Notes: generated from the letters alone by a model not told the origin. DNA of 64,000 nucleotides from Candidatus Latescibacterota bacterium (GCA_965205975.1 OZ242195.1:4672001-4736000); one strand, 5' to 3'; positions 1-10,543 are shown, counted from the first letter of the stretch. Numbers and translations are program-made.

Positions 1-1324
1 ATAAATCGCGTTCGATTTCAATACCCGGAATGGGTTCGCCTGTCAAAATGTGACGGATGTATTCCGATGCAAAACCGCGCGAACGGCGTCTGTCGCGTTC
101 GCGATAAGATTGTTCGATGCCCCGCAACATGTTGGTTTTTAAGCGATCTACTTCGGGTTGCGTAAATCCATGGCGTTGGACGCGAATAGCTTCTGTTAAG
201 ACGGCTTCCAGGCCCCGTTCAATTCCCCCTTCTTTGACACCTGCACCCAGGATATATGCAGCTTTGGTTCTGACGAGGTTTCCACGGCTGGAGCCTGCGC
301 CAAGAAATGGCGGATTGGGTTTTTTGGTCATTTCTCTAAATCGCTGATTGAGCATGCTGTTAAACATGTTGCGAATGAGCATGCTGCGATAATCTTCTAC
401 TGTTCCTTCGGGCGCGACATCCTGCATAAAATAAATAGAGATGGAAGACTGCGAATTTTCCGGGTCGGTTGCGATTGCAAAGAGGGTCTCACCGTGGTCG
501 GGAACCGTATAGGCAGCTCGCGCGCGGGGATTATCCGCTTTTGGTATCGGGTCAAAGGTTTTTTTGATCAGGGTTTCAATCGCGTCTGTTTCAAAGTCTC
601 CCACTGCAATGACTGCCATGAGGTCAGGGCGATACCAGTCGCGATAAAAGCGCGTGAGGGATTCGTGCTTAAATGTGTCGAGCAATGCTTTTTGGCCGAT
701 GGGCAAACGCTCGGCATAGCGCGAGTCTTTGAGTAAGACTGGCAATTGTTTGTCGCTCATGCGCGCTCTGGCTCCGCGTCCCGAACGCCATTCTTCTATG
801 ACCACACCTCTTTCTTTTTCGATTTCTTCGGGATCAAATTTTACCCGATGCGCCCAGTCGCCCAGAATGCGAAATGCTTTTTCCATTACTTCGGTGCTGT
901 CTGTGGGCACGCGAAGCATATAGACGGTCTCGTCAAAACTCGTGTAGGCATTTAAGTGCGCACCAAAGCGCATGCCAATACTTTCGAGGAAATCGATTAT
1001 TTCCTGTTTGGGAAAGTTGGCCGTGCCATTAAATGCCATGTGTTCGGCAAAGTGCGCCAGTCCCTGCTGGTCTTCGTCTTCCAGAATGGATCCCGCATTG
1101 ACTACGAGGCGCAATTCGGCGCGGTTTTCCGGTCGTTTATTTTCCCGGATTACGTAGCGAAGCCCATTTGCCAGTTCGCCCGTTCGCACAGCAGGGTCAA
1201 TGGATAGGGTGGGTGATGGTGGTTGAGGGGCTGGTGGTTGAGGTGTTTCAACTTCTGTCTGTGTTGTTGCACACGAGGTTATGACACACGCGCAGCAAAG
1301 GAGGATAAGATAGTTCCTGATCAT
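1..1324 (-). CDS. M16 (insulinase/PqqL-like) zinc protease, lipoprotein; 3' end runs off the window
   Basis: Manual minus-strand translation from ATG 1324: MIRNYLILLCCACVITSC (lipobox-like) ... EDQQGLAHFAEHMAFNGT (inverted HxxEH zinc motif). Absent from the ORF track because it is truncated. Confidence 0.9.
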   Translation of the reverse strand, partial: MIRNYLILLCCACVITSCATTQTEVETPQPPAPQPPSPTLSIDPAVRTGELANGLRYVIRENKRPENRAELRLVVNAGSILEDEDQQGLAHFAEHMAFNGTANFPKQEIIDFLESIGMRFGAHLNAYTSFDETVYMLRVPTDSTEVMEKAFRILGDWAHRVKFDPEEIEKERGVVIEEWRSGRGARARMSDKQLPVLLKDSRYAERLPIGQKALLDTFKHESLTRFYRDWYRPDLMAVIAVGDFETDAIETLIKKTFDPIPKADNPRARAAYTVPDHGETLFAIATDPENSQSSISIYFMQDVAPEGTVEDYRSMLIRNMFNSMLNQRFREMTKKPNPPFLGAGSSRGNLVRTKAAYILGAGVKEGGIERGLEAVLTEAIRVQRHGFTQPEVDRLKTNMLRGIEQSYRERDRRRSRGFASEYIRHILTGEPIPGIEIERDL

Positions 1325-1347
1325 GATATTCCCTTCTTTTTCAGTTA

Positions 1348-2685
1348 TTACTCCGGACGCCAGATCGCATCCAATTTGCGATGTGTAAATGTTTTGGCAT
1401 TTTCGCCGATGTAATCGCCTGCAATATGTCCTTCACCTGTTACTACGTATTTGTAGATGACGAGACCTTCGAGACCTACGGGTCCGCGGCTGTGCAGGCG
1501 GTTGGTGCTGATGCCCACTTCGGCGCCGAGGCCATATCGAAATCCGTCGGCAAATCGGGTTGACGCATTGTGCAGGACCGATGCCGAATCCACGGCTTGC
1601 AAAAATCTCTTCGCGGCTTGTTGGTCTTCGGTTACGATCGAATCGGTGTGGTGGCTGCTGTATTCATTGATGTGGGCGATTGCTTCTTCGACCGAATCGA
1701 CGGTCTTGACCGATAGGACGTAGTCGAGGTATTCGGTTGACCAGTCGCTGTCACTGGCCGGGGTCAGGGCATCTGCGCTGGCGGCGAGGTCCAGGGTGCG
1801 GGCGTCGCCGCGGATTAGAACGCCCTGGTCGGTGAATTGTTGAATTGCCGTGGCGAAGAAGTTTCTGGCAATTTCGGCGTGTACGAGCAGGGTTTCGGCG
1901 GCGTTGCAGGCGGCTGCGTACTGCGTTTTGGAGTCGATGGCGATACGTACGGCTTTTTTTAGATCGGCGTCCTTATCCACGTACACATGGCAGATGCCGT
2001 CGGCATGCCCCATGACGGGGATTTTGGTGTTGTCCATGATGTATTGCACGAGTTCATTGCCGCCGCGCGGGATGATCAGGTCGATGAGGTCGTGTAGTTC
2101 GAGAATGCCCGCGACTTCTTCTCGCGCTTCCAGAAGGTGCATCCATCCTTCGGGGATGCCGTCCAGATCAGCCGTTGCAGCGACCATAATTTCGGCCAGT
2201 GCGCGGTTGGTGTGAAATGCTTCGCTGCCGCCTTTGAGCATGACGGCGTTGCCGGATTTTAGACATAGTGTCGCGATTTGTACCAGCGCGTCGGGGCGCG
2301 ATTCAAAGACCACGCCGATTACGCCGATTGGGACGGTTACGCGATAGAGGTTGAGGCCTTCGTCCAATTCGGTCGCGGCCTGCGTTTTGCCAATGGGGTC
2401 TTCCTGGGCTGCGACACTGTGAACGCCAACTATTATTTCGCTGTCCAGCTTTTCAGCATCTACTTTCAGGCGCTTGATTAGCGGGAGGGTGATTTTCCCC
2501 TGTGCCAGCATTTTTTCTGCTGCTGCCTGATCGCGTTTGTTAGCGTCTAAAATGCGGTCGCGATTTATATGCAATGCCTGTGCTATGGCCTCGAGCGCGA
2601 CATTGCGCTGTTTTTCCGTTGCCTGACTCAATGTTAGAGCAGCCTGCCGCGCAGTTCTCGCCGCAGCTTTGATATCATCTGCCAT
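1348..2685 (-). CDS. proA: Glutamate-5-semialdehyde dehydrogenase (gamma-glutamyl phosphate reductase)
   Basis: VPIGVIGVVFESRPDA, LKSGNAVMLKGGSEA, NASTRFADGFRYGLGAEVGISTNRLHSRGPVGL motifs. Confidence 0.97.
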   Translation of the reverse strand: MADDIKAAARTARQAALTLSQATEKQRNVALEAIAQALHINRDRILDANKRDQAAAEKMLAQGKITLPLIKRLKVDAEKLDSEIIVGVHSVAAQEDPIGKTQAATELDEGLNLYRVTVPIGVIGVVFESRPDALVQIATLCLKSGNAVMLKGGSEAFHTNRALAEIMVAATADLDGIPEGWMHLLEAREEVAGILELHDLIDLIIPRGGNELVQYIMDNTKIPVMGHADGICHVYVDKDADLKKAVRIAIDSKTQYAAACNAAETLLVHAEIARNFFATAIQQFTDQGVLIRGDARTLDLAASADALTPASDSDWSTEYLDYVLSVKTVDSVEEAIAHINEYSSHHTDSIVTEDQQAAKRFLQAVDSASVLHNASTRFADGFRYGLGAEVGISTNRLHSRGPVGLEGLVIYKYVVTGEGHIAGDYIGENAKTFTHRKLDAIWRPE

Positions 2686-2743
2686 GTTTCCTCCTGATTA
2701 GCTCTCGCTTTGGACTAAAAAATTTATCGCAATGAATAGGCTT

Positions 2744-3100
2744 TCAAACCAGATCCATTCCTTCCTTTAGTGCTTGAAGAACAAAAGCATTTTTAGACAT
2801 TCGCATCGCGTCCAGTTCGGTACGTGTGTACGCAAAAATATCTACGCTGATCCCGACATTTTTGGGGACATAATAGACACTGCGTTCTCGAAATGATAGC
2901 GCACTTTCTCGTAGCACGAGCAATACATCGGCATCGCTTCCGGGAACAGCATCACCACGGGACAAAGAGCCGAATAGAACTGCGCGCTCAATCTCGGGAT
3001 GCCGGGTCTTCAGTATTTTCATCGCTTTCCGAATCCGTTGGATCGTCTTTGGGCGGTTCAAATAGAAAACCCGAACAGAAGGTGATGATTTTTTTGGCGT
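2744..3100 (-). CDS. Minimal nucleotidyltransferase (MNT), partner of the HEPN gene; start uncertain
   Basis: LFGSLSRGDAVPGSDADVL (GS + DxD); overlaps the HEPN gene 3' end. Confidence 0.85.
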   Translation of the reverse strand, partial: TPKKSSPSVRVFYLNRPKTIQRIRKAMKILKTRHPEIERAVLFGSLSRGDAVPGSDADVLLVLRESALSFRERSVYYVPKNVGISVDIFAYTRTELDAMRMSKNAFVLQALKEGMDLV

Positions 3101-3446
3101 TTGATACAGCACGATCCGCCTCTCCTTGCGTATAGTATTCAAATGGCGCGCCCTGGGGGTGCGAATTGGGATACCGCGCCGGGATATAATGTTTGTCCAA
3201 CTCTTTTGCCGCATCTAATAGGGCGTCGTCGAGTGGAGAACTATCGGGCAAAGCCTCTAATAGTGCCGCAACAGAATGCCCCCAGGCGACGGCACCGACT
3301 TTTTGAAAGACTGCCTTAACAGCTTTTTCAGCACCTTGCTGAGCGGCAAAGCAGGCCCATTCATAATCGCCATGCTCTGTTGCTCTGCGAGCGTGGGCCA
3401 GGTCGCGTTCCCCCTGTCTAAACCAATCTGCGTGCCGACTTGCCAT
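2988..3446 (-). CDS. HEPN domain protein (HEPN-MNT TA-like pair)
   Basis: WFRQGERDL..A, ACFAAQQGAEKAVKA, GHSV, LDKHYIPARYPN. Confidence 0.9.
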   Translation of the reverse strand: MASRHADWFRQGERDLAHARRATEHGDYEWACFAAQQGAEKAVKAVFQKVGAVAWGHSVAALLEALPDSSPLDDALLDAAKELDKHYIPARYPNSHPQGAPFEYYTQGEADRAVSNAKKIITFCSGFLFEPPKDDPTDSESDENTEDPASRD

Positions 3447-3460
3447 GTTTTTTCCCTATG

Positions 3461-4936
3461 CTAAAAGAATTGCCGCTTTGTGTCAATCCACCGACTGATT
3501 GTGACCTTTTGTCGGGTGAAGAACGATATGCCTTCGGTGCCCTGTACATGTAAATCGCCGAAGAAGGAATTGTTCCACCCGGAGAAGGGGAAGAATGCCA
3601 TGGGCGCGGGTACGCCGATATTGATACCGACCATGCCTGCGTTTACCTCATGGCGAAACTTGCGTGCGGCTCCGCCACTGGATGTGAATAATACGGCTGC
3701 GTTGCCATATCCGCTGGCATTGCACCGCGCAATGGCCTCGCTCAGGTCGTCTGTGTGCATGGTCGATAATACCGGTCCGAAGATTTCTTCCTGCGCAATG
3801 GACATCTGGGGTTTTACCCGATCGAAAATTGTCGCGCCCAGGTAGAAGCCATGTGGTGTTTCTTCGACCTGTACATCGCGGCCATCTACGATCAGTTCTG
3901 CGCCTTCTTGCAGCCCATTTTCAATATGTTGATGGATGCGGTCCAGGTGCGTTTTGGTCACTACCGGTCCCATATCTACACCGGGGTCGCGGTCGGTTGG
4001 TCCCACTCGAAATTCGCGTGCGGTTTCACTGAGCGGTTCCAGGAAACGGTCGCCCGCACCTTCGGCACAGACGAGAACACTGCCGGCCATGCACCGTTCT
4101 CCGGCGCAACCATAAGCAGATCCCATTACGGCAGCTACGGTTGAGTCCAGGTCGGCGTCGGGCAATACGATTAAGTAATTTTTTGCGCCACCGGCTGATT
4201 GTACGCGTTTGCCATTGCGCGTAGCTGTTTCATAGACATAGCGCGCCACGGGTGTTGAACCGACGAATGAAACGGTTTTGACTTCGGGATGGGCGAGCAG
4301 GGCATCTACCGCGTCTTTTCCGCCGTGTGCGATGTTGAATACGCCGGGCGGTAATCCGGCTTCGGCCAATAATTCGCCAATTCGGATCGCGCTCAAGGGC
4401 ACGCGCTCCGATGGCTTTAATACATAGGTGTTGCCACATACCAGGGCAATGGGCAATGTCCACATGGGTACCATAGATGGGAAGTTGAATGGCGTGATGC
4501 CTACGGATACGCCTATGGGTTGCCGAATGGTGTCGCAATCAATCCCCTGTGCGATATTTTCCAGGGAGTCGCCCATCAAGAGCGCAGGCGCACCACAGGC
4601 AAATTCTGCGACTTCGATCCCACGTCGAATTTCACCCCGTGCATCTTCTATGGTTTTGCCGTTTTCAAGGGTTACGAGTTGGGCCAATTCCTCGAAGTGG
4701 GTTTCCATGAGTGCGACAAGCCGGAACATTACGCGTGCGCGATCAACGGCTGGTGTATTCGCCCATTCGGGAAATGCGTCTGCGGCTGATTGTACCACGC
4801 GATCTATCTCTAACGCGCCACATAAGGGTGTTGCGGCAATTTCTGTTCCATCCGATGGGTTGTAAACCGGTGCTGTTTCCGTTGCTTCAGATGCCACCCA
4901 TTCGCCATTGAGGAATAATTTGGCTGTTTCGGCCAT
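3461..4936 (-). CDS. mmsA: CoA-acylating methylmalonate/malonate-semialdehyde dehydrogenase (MmsA/IolA)
   Basis: ITPFNFPSMVPMW, LKPSERVP, AYGCAGERCMA, EEIFGPVL, GINIGVPAPMAFFPFSGW. Confidence 0.93.
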   Translation of the reverse strand: MAETAKLFLNGEWVASEATETAPVYNPSDGTEIAATPLCGALEIDRVVQSAADAFPEWANTPAVDRARVMFRLVALMETHFEELAQLVTLENGKTIEDARGEIRRGIEVAEFACGAPALLMGDSLENIAQGIDCDTIRQPIGVSVGITPFNFPSMVPMWTLPIALVCGNTYVLKPSERVPLSAIRIGELLAEAGLPPGVFNIAHGGKDAVDALLAHPEVKTVSFVGSTPVARYVYETATRNGKRVQSAGGAKNYLIVLPDADLDSTVAAVMGSAYGCAGERCMAGSVLVCAEGAGDRFLEPLSETAREFRVGPTDRDPGVDMGPVVTKTHLDRIHQHIENGLQEGAELIVDGRDVQVEETPHGFYLGATIFDRVKPQMSIAQEEIFGPVLSTMHTDDLSEAIARCNASGYGNAAVLFTSSGGAARKFRHEVNAGMVGINIGVPAPMAFFPFSGWNNSFFGDLHVQGTEGISFFTRQKVTISRWIDTKRQFF

Positions 4937-4951
4937 GATTATCTCCTGTGC

Positions 4952-6409
4952 TCACTCCGCTCCGTGTTGCCGAAATTTTGGTGTTTCGCCGGGTACGGGC
5001 GAGTTGTCAAATGCGCCCCGATGAATTACGGCCTCTTCGCCACCCAGAAATTCAATCATTTCTCGTTGCGAGGTTTTGGCCCGGGTATCCATAGCTTCGG
5101 GATCGATGAGGTCGCGCAATTCGCGTTCGAAATTTTCTATGACTTCCCGATGTTCGGGCGACTGCGCGAGGTCGTGGCACTCTTCGGGGTCGTCTATTGT
5201 ATCGAATAGTTGGGACGGATTATTGACGTGATATATGTATTTGTATTGTCGATTTCGCAACATATACGCCCCGTGTTGTGCACCTATCGCGTGGTATTCG
5301 CTAAATACTGTGCGGTCGCGGTCTTCTTCCCGTGCAATGGACCACAGTGATTCGCCTGGCAACTCTGCGTCGTCTTCGGTTTGTTGCGCGCCCACGGCTT
5401 CCAAAATTGTCGGGAAGCTATCGACGAGCGAGACAGGTGTTTCCACGACTTTGCCCGCGGGGACGTCGGGACCTGCCATCAGAAATGGCACGGCGGCCGA
5501 TTCTTCATACATGGTAAATTTGCCGTAGATACCGCGTCCGCCCATGTGCTCACCGTGATCTGTTGTGTAGATTATGCGGGTTGTGTCGGTTAGTTCCAGT
5601 TCGTCCAGGGTGTTTAGCACCCGACCAATTTGGCTGTCCAGATATGTGCATACGCCGTAGTACGCGGCATTTAGTTGTCGCACGATGGCTTCGGGGAATT
5701 GGGGATCAAATGTGAAGAATCGCCTGAAGTAGTCCATTGCGGGATGATCGGGCCAGTCCTCGGTTCGCCATTGCGGCGGCATGGGCAATTCGTCCGGGTC
5801 GTAGATGTCATATAAGTCTGGCGGAGAGATATACGGCGGGTGTGGGCACACAAATGACAGGAACAGGCACCAGGGAGTCTGGTCTTCCCGGTGCTCTTGT
5901 AACCACTTTATGGCGTGGTCTGCGTTGCGCTGGTCATATTGCAAATACGTCGAGTCGCCCGGTCCCGCTTCTCGAATTCCCGGTCGTTTGTTGCGAAAGG
6001 GCGGCTGTTCCCGGATACTACCCAGTACATCGCCTGTGCCATCTACGACGTTTAATGGTTCGATTTCTTCGGTGAATCCGTGATCTGTGCCCTGGCCCTT
6101 AAAGTGCAATTTGCCAATTGATGTGGCGTTAAAACCCTGCTCGCGCAAGCGGTGGTGCCAGCTCGGCGCGTTTCCGGTGTATGGATGTCCATTGTCCCAG
6201 TTGCCAATTTGATGCACGTAGCGTCCCGTGGCCAGAGATGCGCGCGCCGGTACGCAAATTGGACAGTTGGTATAGGCATTGGTAAACCGCGTGCCCTGTT
6301 CGGATAGCCGATCTAGGTTGGGGGTTTGTACTGTCGGGTGACCATAACATCCGAGTAGATTGCGATTGTGTTGATCGGAGATGATGTAGAGCATGTTTGT
6401 CTGTTGCAT
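4952..6409 (-). CDS. Sulfatase (choline-sulfatase-like)
   Basis: NMLYIISDQH, CVPARASLATG (CxPxR), GKLH, TTDHGE. Confidence 0.93.
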   Translation of the reverse strand: MQQTNMLYIISDQHNRNLLGCYGHPTVQTPNLDRLSEQGTRFTNAYTNCPICVPARASLATGRYVHQIGNWDNGHPYTGNAPSWHHRLREQGFNATSIGKLHFKGQGTDHGFTEEIEPLNVVDGTGDVLGSIREQPPFRNKRPGIREAGPGDSTYLQYDQRNADHAIKWLQEHREDQTPWCLFLSFVCPHPPYISPPDLYDIYDPDELPMPPQWRTEDWPDHPAMDYFRRFFTFDPQFPEAIVRQLNAAYYGVCTYLDSQIGRVLNTLDELELTDTTRIIYTTDHGEHMGGRGIYGKFTMYEESAAVPFLMAGPDVPAGKVVETPVSLVDSFPTILEAVGAQQTEDDAELPGESLWSIAREEDRDRTVFSEYHAIGAQHGAYMLRNRQYKYIYHVNNPSQLFDTIDDPEECHDLAQSPEHREVIENFERELRDLIDPEAMDTRAKTSQREMIEFLGGEEAVIHRGAFDNSPVPGETPKFRQHGAE

Positions 6410-6416
6410 AAAGACC

Positions 6417-6941
6417 TCATTTTTTCCATAAATTCATTACGGCACCATTTGTTCCAAAGACCGGATCGGATGCGGGCATTGGTACTTTGGGTATGTTTTC
6501 CAGCGCGTGTTTGTGTTCACGGGCACTTTCTCGACACAGGTCCGGGTGCTGTCCATCGGGATATGCGCCTACGACCAATAGGTCTGTACTCGCGCCCAGG
6601 TTTTTGTGTCCCACGCCCGCGGGAATTACCATGACATCGCCAGGTTCAATTGTCAAGCGCACGCCCTGTTCACCGCCCATGCACACTCTGGCACTTCCCT
6701 GTGCTATGCCCAGTACTTCGTGCGCTGTGGCGTGGTAGTGGTGAAAGGAATAGATGCCGTTGCGCCATGAACGCGACCAACAATTGGCGGCAAATATCTG
6801 CTCAAATGCCCGCGCGGGGTCGTCTTCGGGTAATGAAAGGGCGTCTTGATAGACTATGAGTGGGAATGCGCTATTTGGAACCACACCGTCGTCTTGAAAA
6901 TAATGCGGTGTTATTCGCACGTCTTTTTGAACGAATTCCAT
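6417..6941 (-). CDS. Cupin protein (YjlB-like)
   Basis: WRNGIYSFHHYHATAHEVLG, GDVMVIPAGVGH. Confidence 0.9.
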   Translation of the reverse strand: MEFVQKDVRITPHYFQDDGVVPNSAFPLIVYQDALSLPEDDPARAFEQIFAANCWSRSWRNGIYSFHHYHATAHEVLGIAQGSARVCMGGEQGVRLTIEPGDVMVIPAGVGHKNLGASTDLLVVGAYPDGQHPDLCRESAREHKHALENIPKVPMPASDPVFGTNGAVMNLWKK

Positions 6942-6972
6942 AAACTATCCTTTCGCGAGGATTCAGGGGGTT

Positions 6973-7755
6973 TTAAGTCATTGTCCTCATTACTTCGATG
7001 CATTCGGCTACCTGTGCCTCTGGGGATGGGGCGTTATTTTCTTCTTCCAGTACCAACCAGCCTGTAAATCCTTGTAGCGCGTTTCGCAATGCTGATAGGT
7101 CTAATACGCCCGTGTCCAATTGTGGTCGGATTGCATGGCCTGCAGCGTCTTCTGAATGGTCTGCGAGGTGGATGATGTGTAGTCTGTTTGAGAGTTCTCT
7201 GACCAATGCGATTGCGTCTTTGCCTGCCCGTATGTGGTGCCCGGTGTCAAAGGCAAATCCGACGTATGACGGTTCGGTATATGACGCGAGTTTGACCAGT
7301 CCTTCTTGTTCAGATTCCCACCAGTGGTTGTGATAGGCGAGTTGGATACCTTTGGGCGCGCAGTGTTCGCCTAACAGATTCAGACCTTCTGCGGTTTTTT
7401 TCCACATTTCGTCTGATACGGTTCTCTGTGTTGGTCGCCGTCCGCTGCAAACAATGTACTGTCCGCCAACAGCGGATACAAAGTCGGCGATCTGATTCCC
7501 CTCAGTTCTGATTTGTTTGCGCGAGGATTCATCCCAATGAGCGGCTCCGTAATGCGCGCCAATTAGTTCGAGATTGGTTTCGGATAGGATGCGTTTGAAT
7601 GCTTTGGGGTCTTGAAAATATCGCTCCAGATTTTTCCAATTTGCTTCCAGTCCCCTGAAACACAGCTTTCCGATTTGGTGAACCACTGAGAGGAAGTCCG
7701 CTTCGTTGGGGTATATCCCTTTGCCATAAGATCTCGCCTGACATCCGAGTTTCAT
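6973..7755 (-). CDS. Sugar phosphate isomerase/epimerase TIM barrel (IolE-like)
   Basis: LAYHNH, FDTGH, IHLAD, WLVLEEE metal-binding motifs. Confidence 0.85.
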   Translation of the reverse strand: MKLGCQARSYGKGIYPNEADFLSVVHQIGKLCFRGLEANWKNLERYFQDPKAFKRILSETNLELIGAHYGAAHWDESSRKQIRTEGNQIADFVSAVGGQYIVCSGRRPTQRTVSDEMWKKTAEGLNLLGEHCAPKGIQLAYHNHWWESEQEGLVKLASYTEPSYVGFAFDTGHHIRAGKDAIALVRELSNRLHIIHLADHSEDAAGHAIRPQLDTGVLDLSALRNALQGFTGWLVLEEENNAPSPEAQVAECIEVMRTMT

Positions 7756-7770
7756 TTTGTCTTCCTCTGG

Positions 7771-8772
7771 CTAAAGCTCGACTGTGATGGCTTTTCCTTC
7801 GCGGGAAGAGAAATATGCACCTTCGCTTACCGCTACTTGTGCGAGTCCATCTCGCAGGCTCGCTCCGGGCGATACATCTGTTCGCCCTTCTTTCACGCAT
7901 TGCGCGAAATGCGTCCACATGTCTGTCGGCGGCTGTCCCGAGCCTGTCCATTCTCCCGATTTTAGATCAATCGGTGTTTTGTCTTCGTTAAATCCGAGGT
8001 GTGTCACGTATCGGATTCTATTGCGTTCTACCGACGAAATATTTCCCCGCAAACCCGCCATCTGATAGATGTTCTGCATCTGGATTCCCGCCATGCTGCC
8101 GGTCATACACACGATTTGTCCGTTTTCGCATCGGGTTGTGATGTTGACAAATTCTACGGCGTCTTTGTCGGGTTTGAACAGGCCGCATTGCTCGTGTCCC
8201 ATGACTTCCACGGGCAAAGAGCCAGTCCACCACAACGCCAGGTCCATGGTGTGTGAGAGCGCGTCGAGGATGCCGCTGTAGTGTTCGGGGAAGAAATACT
8301 GCGGGTTAAAAAATCCGCGCTGAAGTGTTACATTGGTTTGTATCAGGTCGATCTGTTCCGCCAGTGCTTTCATTTCCTGGGCAAAAGCCGTGAAGCGAGA
8401 TTGATATCCCACCATTGCTACGACGTTATTTTTTTCTGCCATTTCACAAATTTCTATGCCCGATTCAATGCTGTCGCAGTATGGTTTTTCGACCAGGAAT
8501 GGCTTGCCTGCCGCGGCTGCATCGCGCATGACGCCTGCGTGATGTCGCGTGTGCGTTGCAATTGCCAGGGCGTCGATATCGTCTCGTGCGATGACTTCCC
8601 GATGGTCGAGTTCGTATTTTACGTTGAAATTTTCAGCCGCGTTTTTGGCGCGTTCTTCATCCAGGTCGCACACGAGTGCGAGTTCGGCTTCATCGCATCC
8701 CAATAGTTCGCGTGCATGCGACGGTCCGCGCTGTCCTGTGCCAATGACCGCTACGCGAATTTTGTTTGACAT
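7771..8772 (-). CDS. Gfo/Idh/MocA family oxidoreductase
   Basis: IRVAVIGTG, LVEKP, MVGYQSRF. Confidence 0.92.
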   Translation of the reverse strand: MSNKIRVAVIGTGQRGPSHARELLGCDEAELALVCDLDEERAKNAAENFNVKYELDHREVIARDDIDALAIATHTRHHAGVMRDAAAAGKPFLVEKPYCDSIESGIEICEMAEKNNVVAMVGYQSRFTAFAQEMKALAEQIDLIQTNVTLQRGFFNPQYFFPEHYSGILDALSHTMDLALWWTGSLPVEVMGHEQCGLFKPDKDAVEFVNITTRCENGQIVCMTGSMAGIQMQNIYQMAGLRGNISSVERNRIRYVTHLGFNEDKTPIDLKSGEWTGSGQPPTDMWTHFAQCVKEGRTDVSPGASLRDGLAQVAVSEGAYFSSREGKAITVEL

Positions 8773-8941
8773 AATACGCTCCTTTCATCCGTGAATATGA
8801 TTTTGAGGTTAAGAAATAACTACCAATCTCTCAATACGTCAACAAAAATAGCCCGTTCTGTCTTGACAAGTGCTCAAAGGTGTCAGTACTTTTGGTTTAA
8901 CAGGTATTGAAACACCCTTAAAAGTGGATACGGAGGATTAA

Positions 8942-9043
8942 ATGAGCGATATAGATAAATCAGAGGGTGCTTATGTTCGCGAGGGCGAGGAGATGGCGTT
9001 CTCGCTTGGGAATCGCGGTGCTGTCAAATTTAATGCGGATTGA
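8942..9043 (+). pseudogene. 33-codon 5' stub resembling the N-terminus of a PhyH-family protein
   Basis: GGAGG RBS then MSDIDKSEGAYVREGEEMAFSLGNRGAVKFNAD*; the EGE..A..LGNRG pattern is recalled from PhyH-family N-termini. Confidence 0.5.
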
Positions 9044-9085
9044 GTGTGAGTGGGATGATGTTAAAGTGTTGGAATCAGTATAGAC

Positions 9086-10543
9086 ATGAAAAAAAAAGAG
9101 AATACATTGCAAAATTTCTTGGCGGGTGTTGCAAAGGTAGTGATAACCGATCCAGAGGCGGGACCGGCCAATGATCCACTTTATGTCAAAGCTCTGGCTC
9201 TGAGGTCTGGTACTGAAACTGCTGTTATTGTGACTGTAGATGTGGTGGCTATAGCTGAAATCGGTTCTATCAGAAATGATTTTCTCGCCAATGTACGTTC
9301 GCAATTGAATAGGGAGTTAAATCTCGATTCTGCGCGTATTCTGATTAATGCCAGCCATTGTCATGGTAAGGTGTGTGCAGATGTGGAAGCGCGAACTGTT
9401 CAGGCGGTCGTGGAGGCGTGGCAAAATATGGTCCCCGTAAGTATCGGTGCTGGCACTGGCTGCGAGGACAGGATTATGGAAAATCGCAGGCTTGTGTTGA
9501 AGAATGGAAAGGAAGCCGATGTCCGTCACGCGTACTCGCTTCCACCCGATGAGGAGGTCGCTTCGGTCGGGCCAGTTGATCCGGAGATTGGCATTCTTCG
9601 GCTGGACAGGGAGGATGGAGAGACACTGGCGGTTGTTTACAATTTTGCGTGTCATCCGATTCTGGAGGTGCCGAGTAGAGAAAATACGGCGGATGTTTCC
9701 GGGTTTGCGTCAAAGGTGATTGAGGATAATTTGAGCGAGGATACGATTGCGCTGTTTTTGCAGGGTTGTGGGGGTGATGTCAATCCGATTTTGTACAAGG
9801 ATGTCAATAATCCTCGGGATGCCGAGATTTTGGGGAATATGCTGGGTCTCAGTACTTTGCAGGGGTTGAAGAAGATCCGCAGTAGTGAAGGAGGGGAGTT
9901 GAAGGTTATCCGTGAGACCATTGAACTGCCGAGGGCTGATCTCGCAGAGCATATCGAATCTCTACAGGCCGAACAGATACAATTGCTTCAAGCTCTGAAG
10001 GGGACGAGTCTCAATTTGAAGACGTTTATTCCGCTGTATGTGAAATACAATCTGTCCCGCGACTTTCCATCTTATTATTCCCATCGTTATTTGCATGAGG
10101 AGATGATGAGGAGAGATGGTTTGAAGAAGCTGGATGCCGAAAATAGAGCGAATATGGACCGATATATTGAGAATATTTACGCGATGGAGCAATTGACGAG
10201 GATCCAGATCAATCTAAATTTGCTAAAAAAACATCAGGCGCGGAATGTGGCTGCTGGAGAGAGGACAATTGAAGTTGAGATGATGGGTCTGAGAGTTGGG
10301 GAGTTTGTTCTGGTGACGTTCCCGGGTGAGTTGTCGGTGGAGATCGGTCTTAATATTAAAAAGAAGTCTCCGCATAAGTTCACTTTTGTCGCGGGTGTTA
10401 CAAATGGTTATATCTATTATACGCCAACGGCAGAGCAGCTCGAAAATCGGGGCGGTGCGCAAGAAGATAGCGATTGTATGCTGGCGCCTGAGTGGCAGAT
10501 GATTTTTGAGGATAAGGTGGAGAAAATATTGGCTGTGTTGTGA
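9086..10543 (+). CDS. Neutral-ceramidase-like amidohydrolase, unknown substrate
   Basis: DPLYVKALAL, NASHCH, NFACHP, FLQGCGGDVNP, FPGELSVEIG, GYIYYTPT. Confidence 0.75.
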   Translation: MKKKENTLQNFLAGVAKVVITDPEAGPANDPLYVKALALRSGTETAVIVTVDVVAIAEIGSIRNDFLANVRSQLNRELNLDSARILINASHCHGKVCADVEARTVQAVVEAWQNMVPVSIGAGTGCEDRIMENRRLVLKNGKEADVRHAYSLPPDEEVASVGPVDPEIGILRLDREDGETLAVVYNFACHPILEVPSRENTADVSGFASKVIEDNLSEDTIALFLQGCGGDVNPILYKDVNNPRDAEILGNMLGLSTLQGLKKIRSSEGGELKVIRETIELPRADLAEHIESLQAEQIQLLQALKGTSLNLKTFIPLYVKYNLSRDFPSYYSHRYLHEEMMRRDGLKKLDAENRANMDRYIENIYAMEQLTRIQINLNLLKKHQARNVAAGERTIEVEMMGLRVGEFVLVTFPGELSVEIGLNIKKKSPHKFTFVAGVTNGYIYYTPTAEQLENRGGAQEDSDCMLAPEWQMIFEDKVEKILAVL

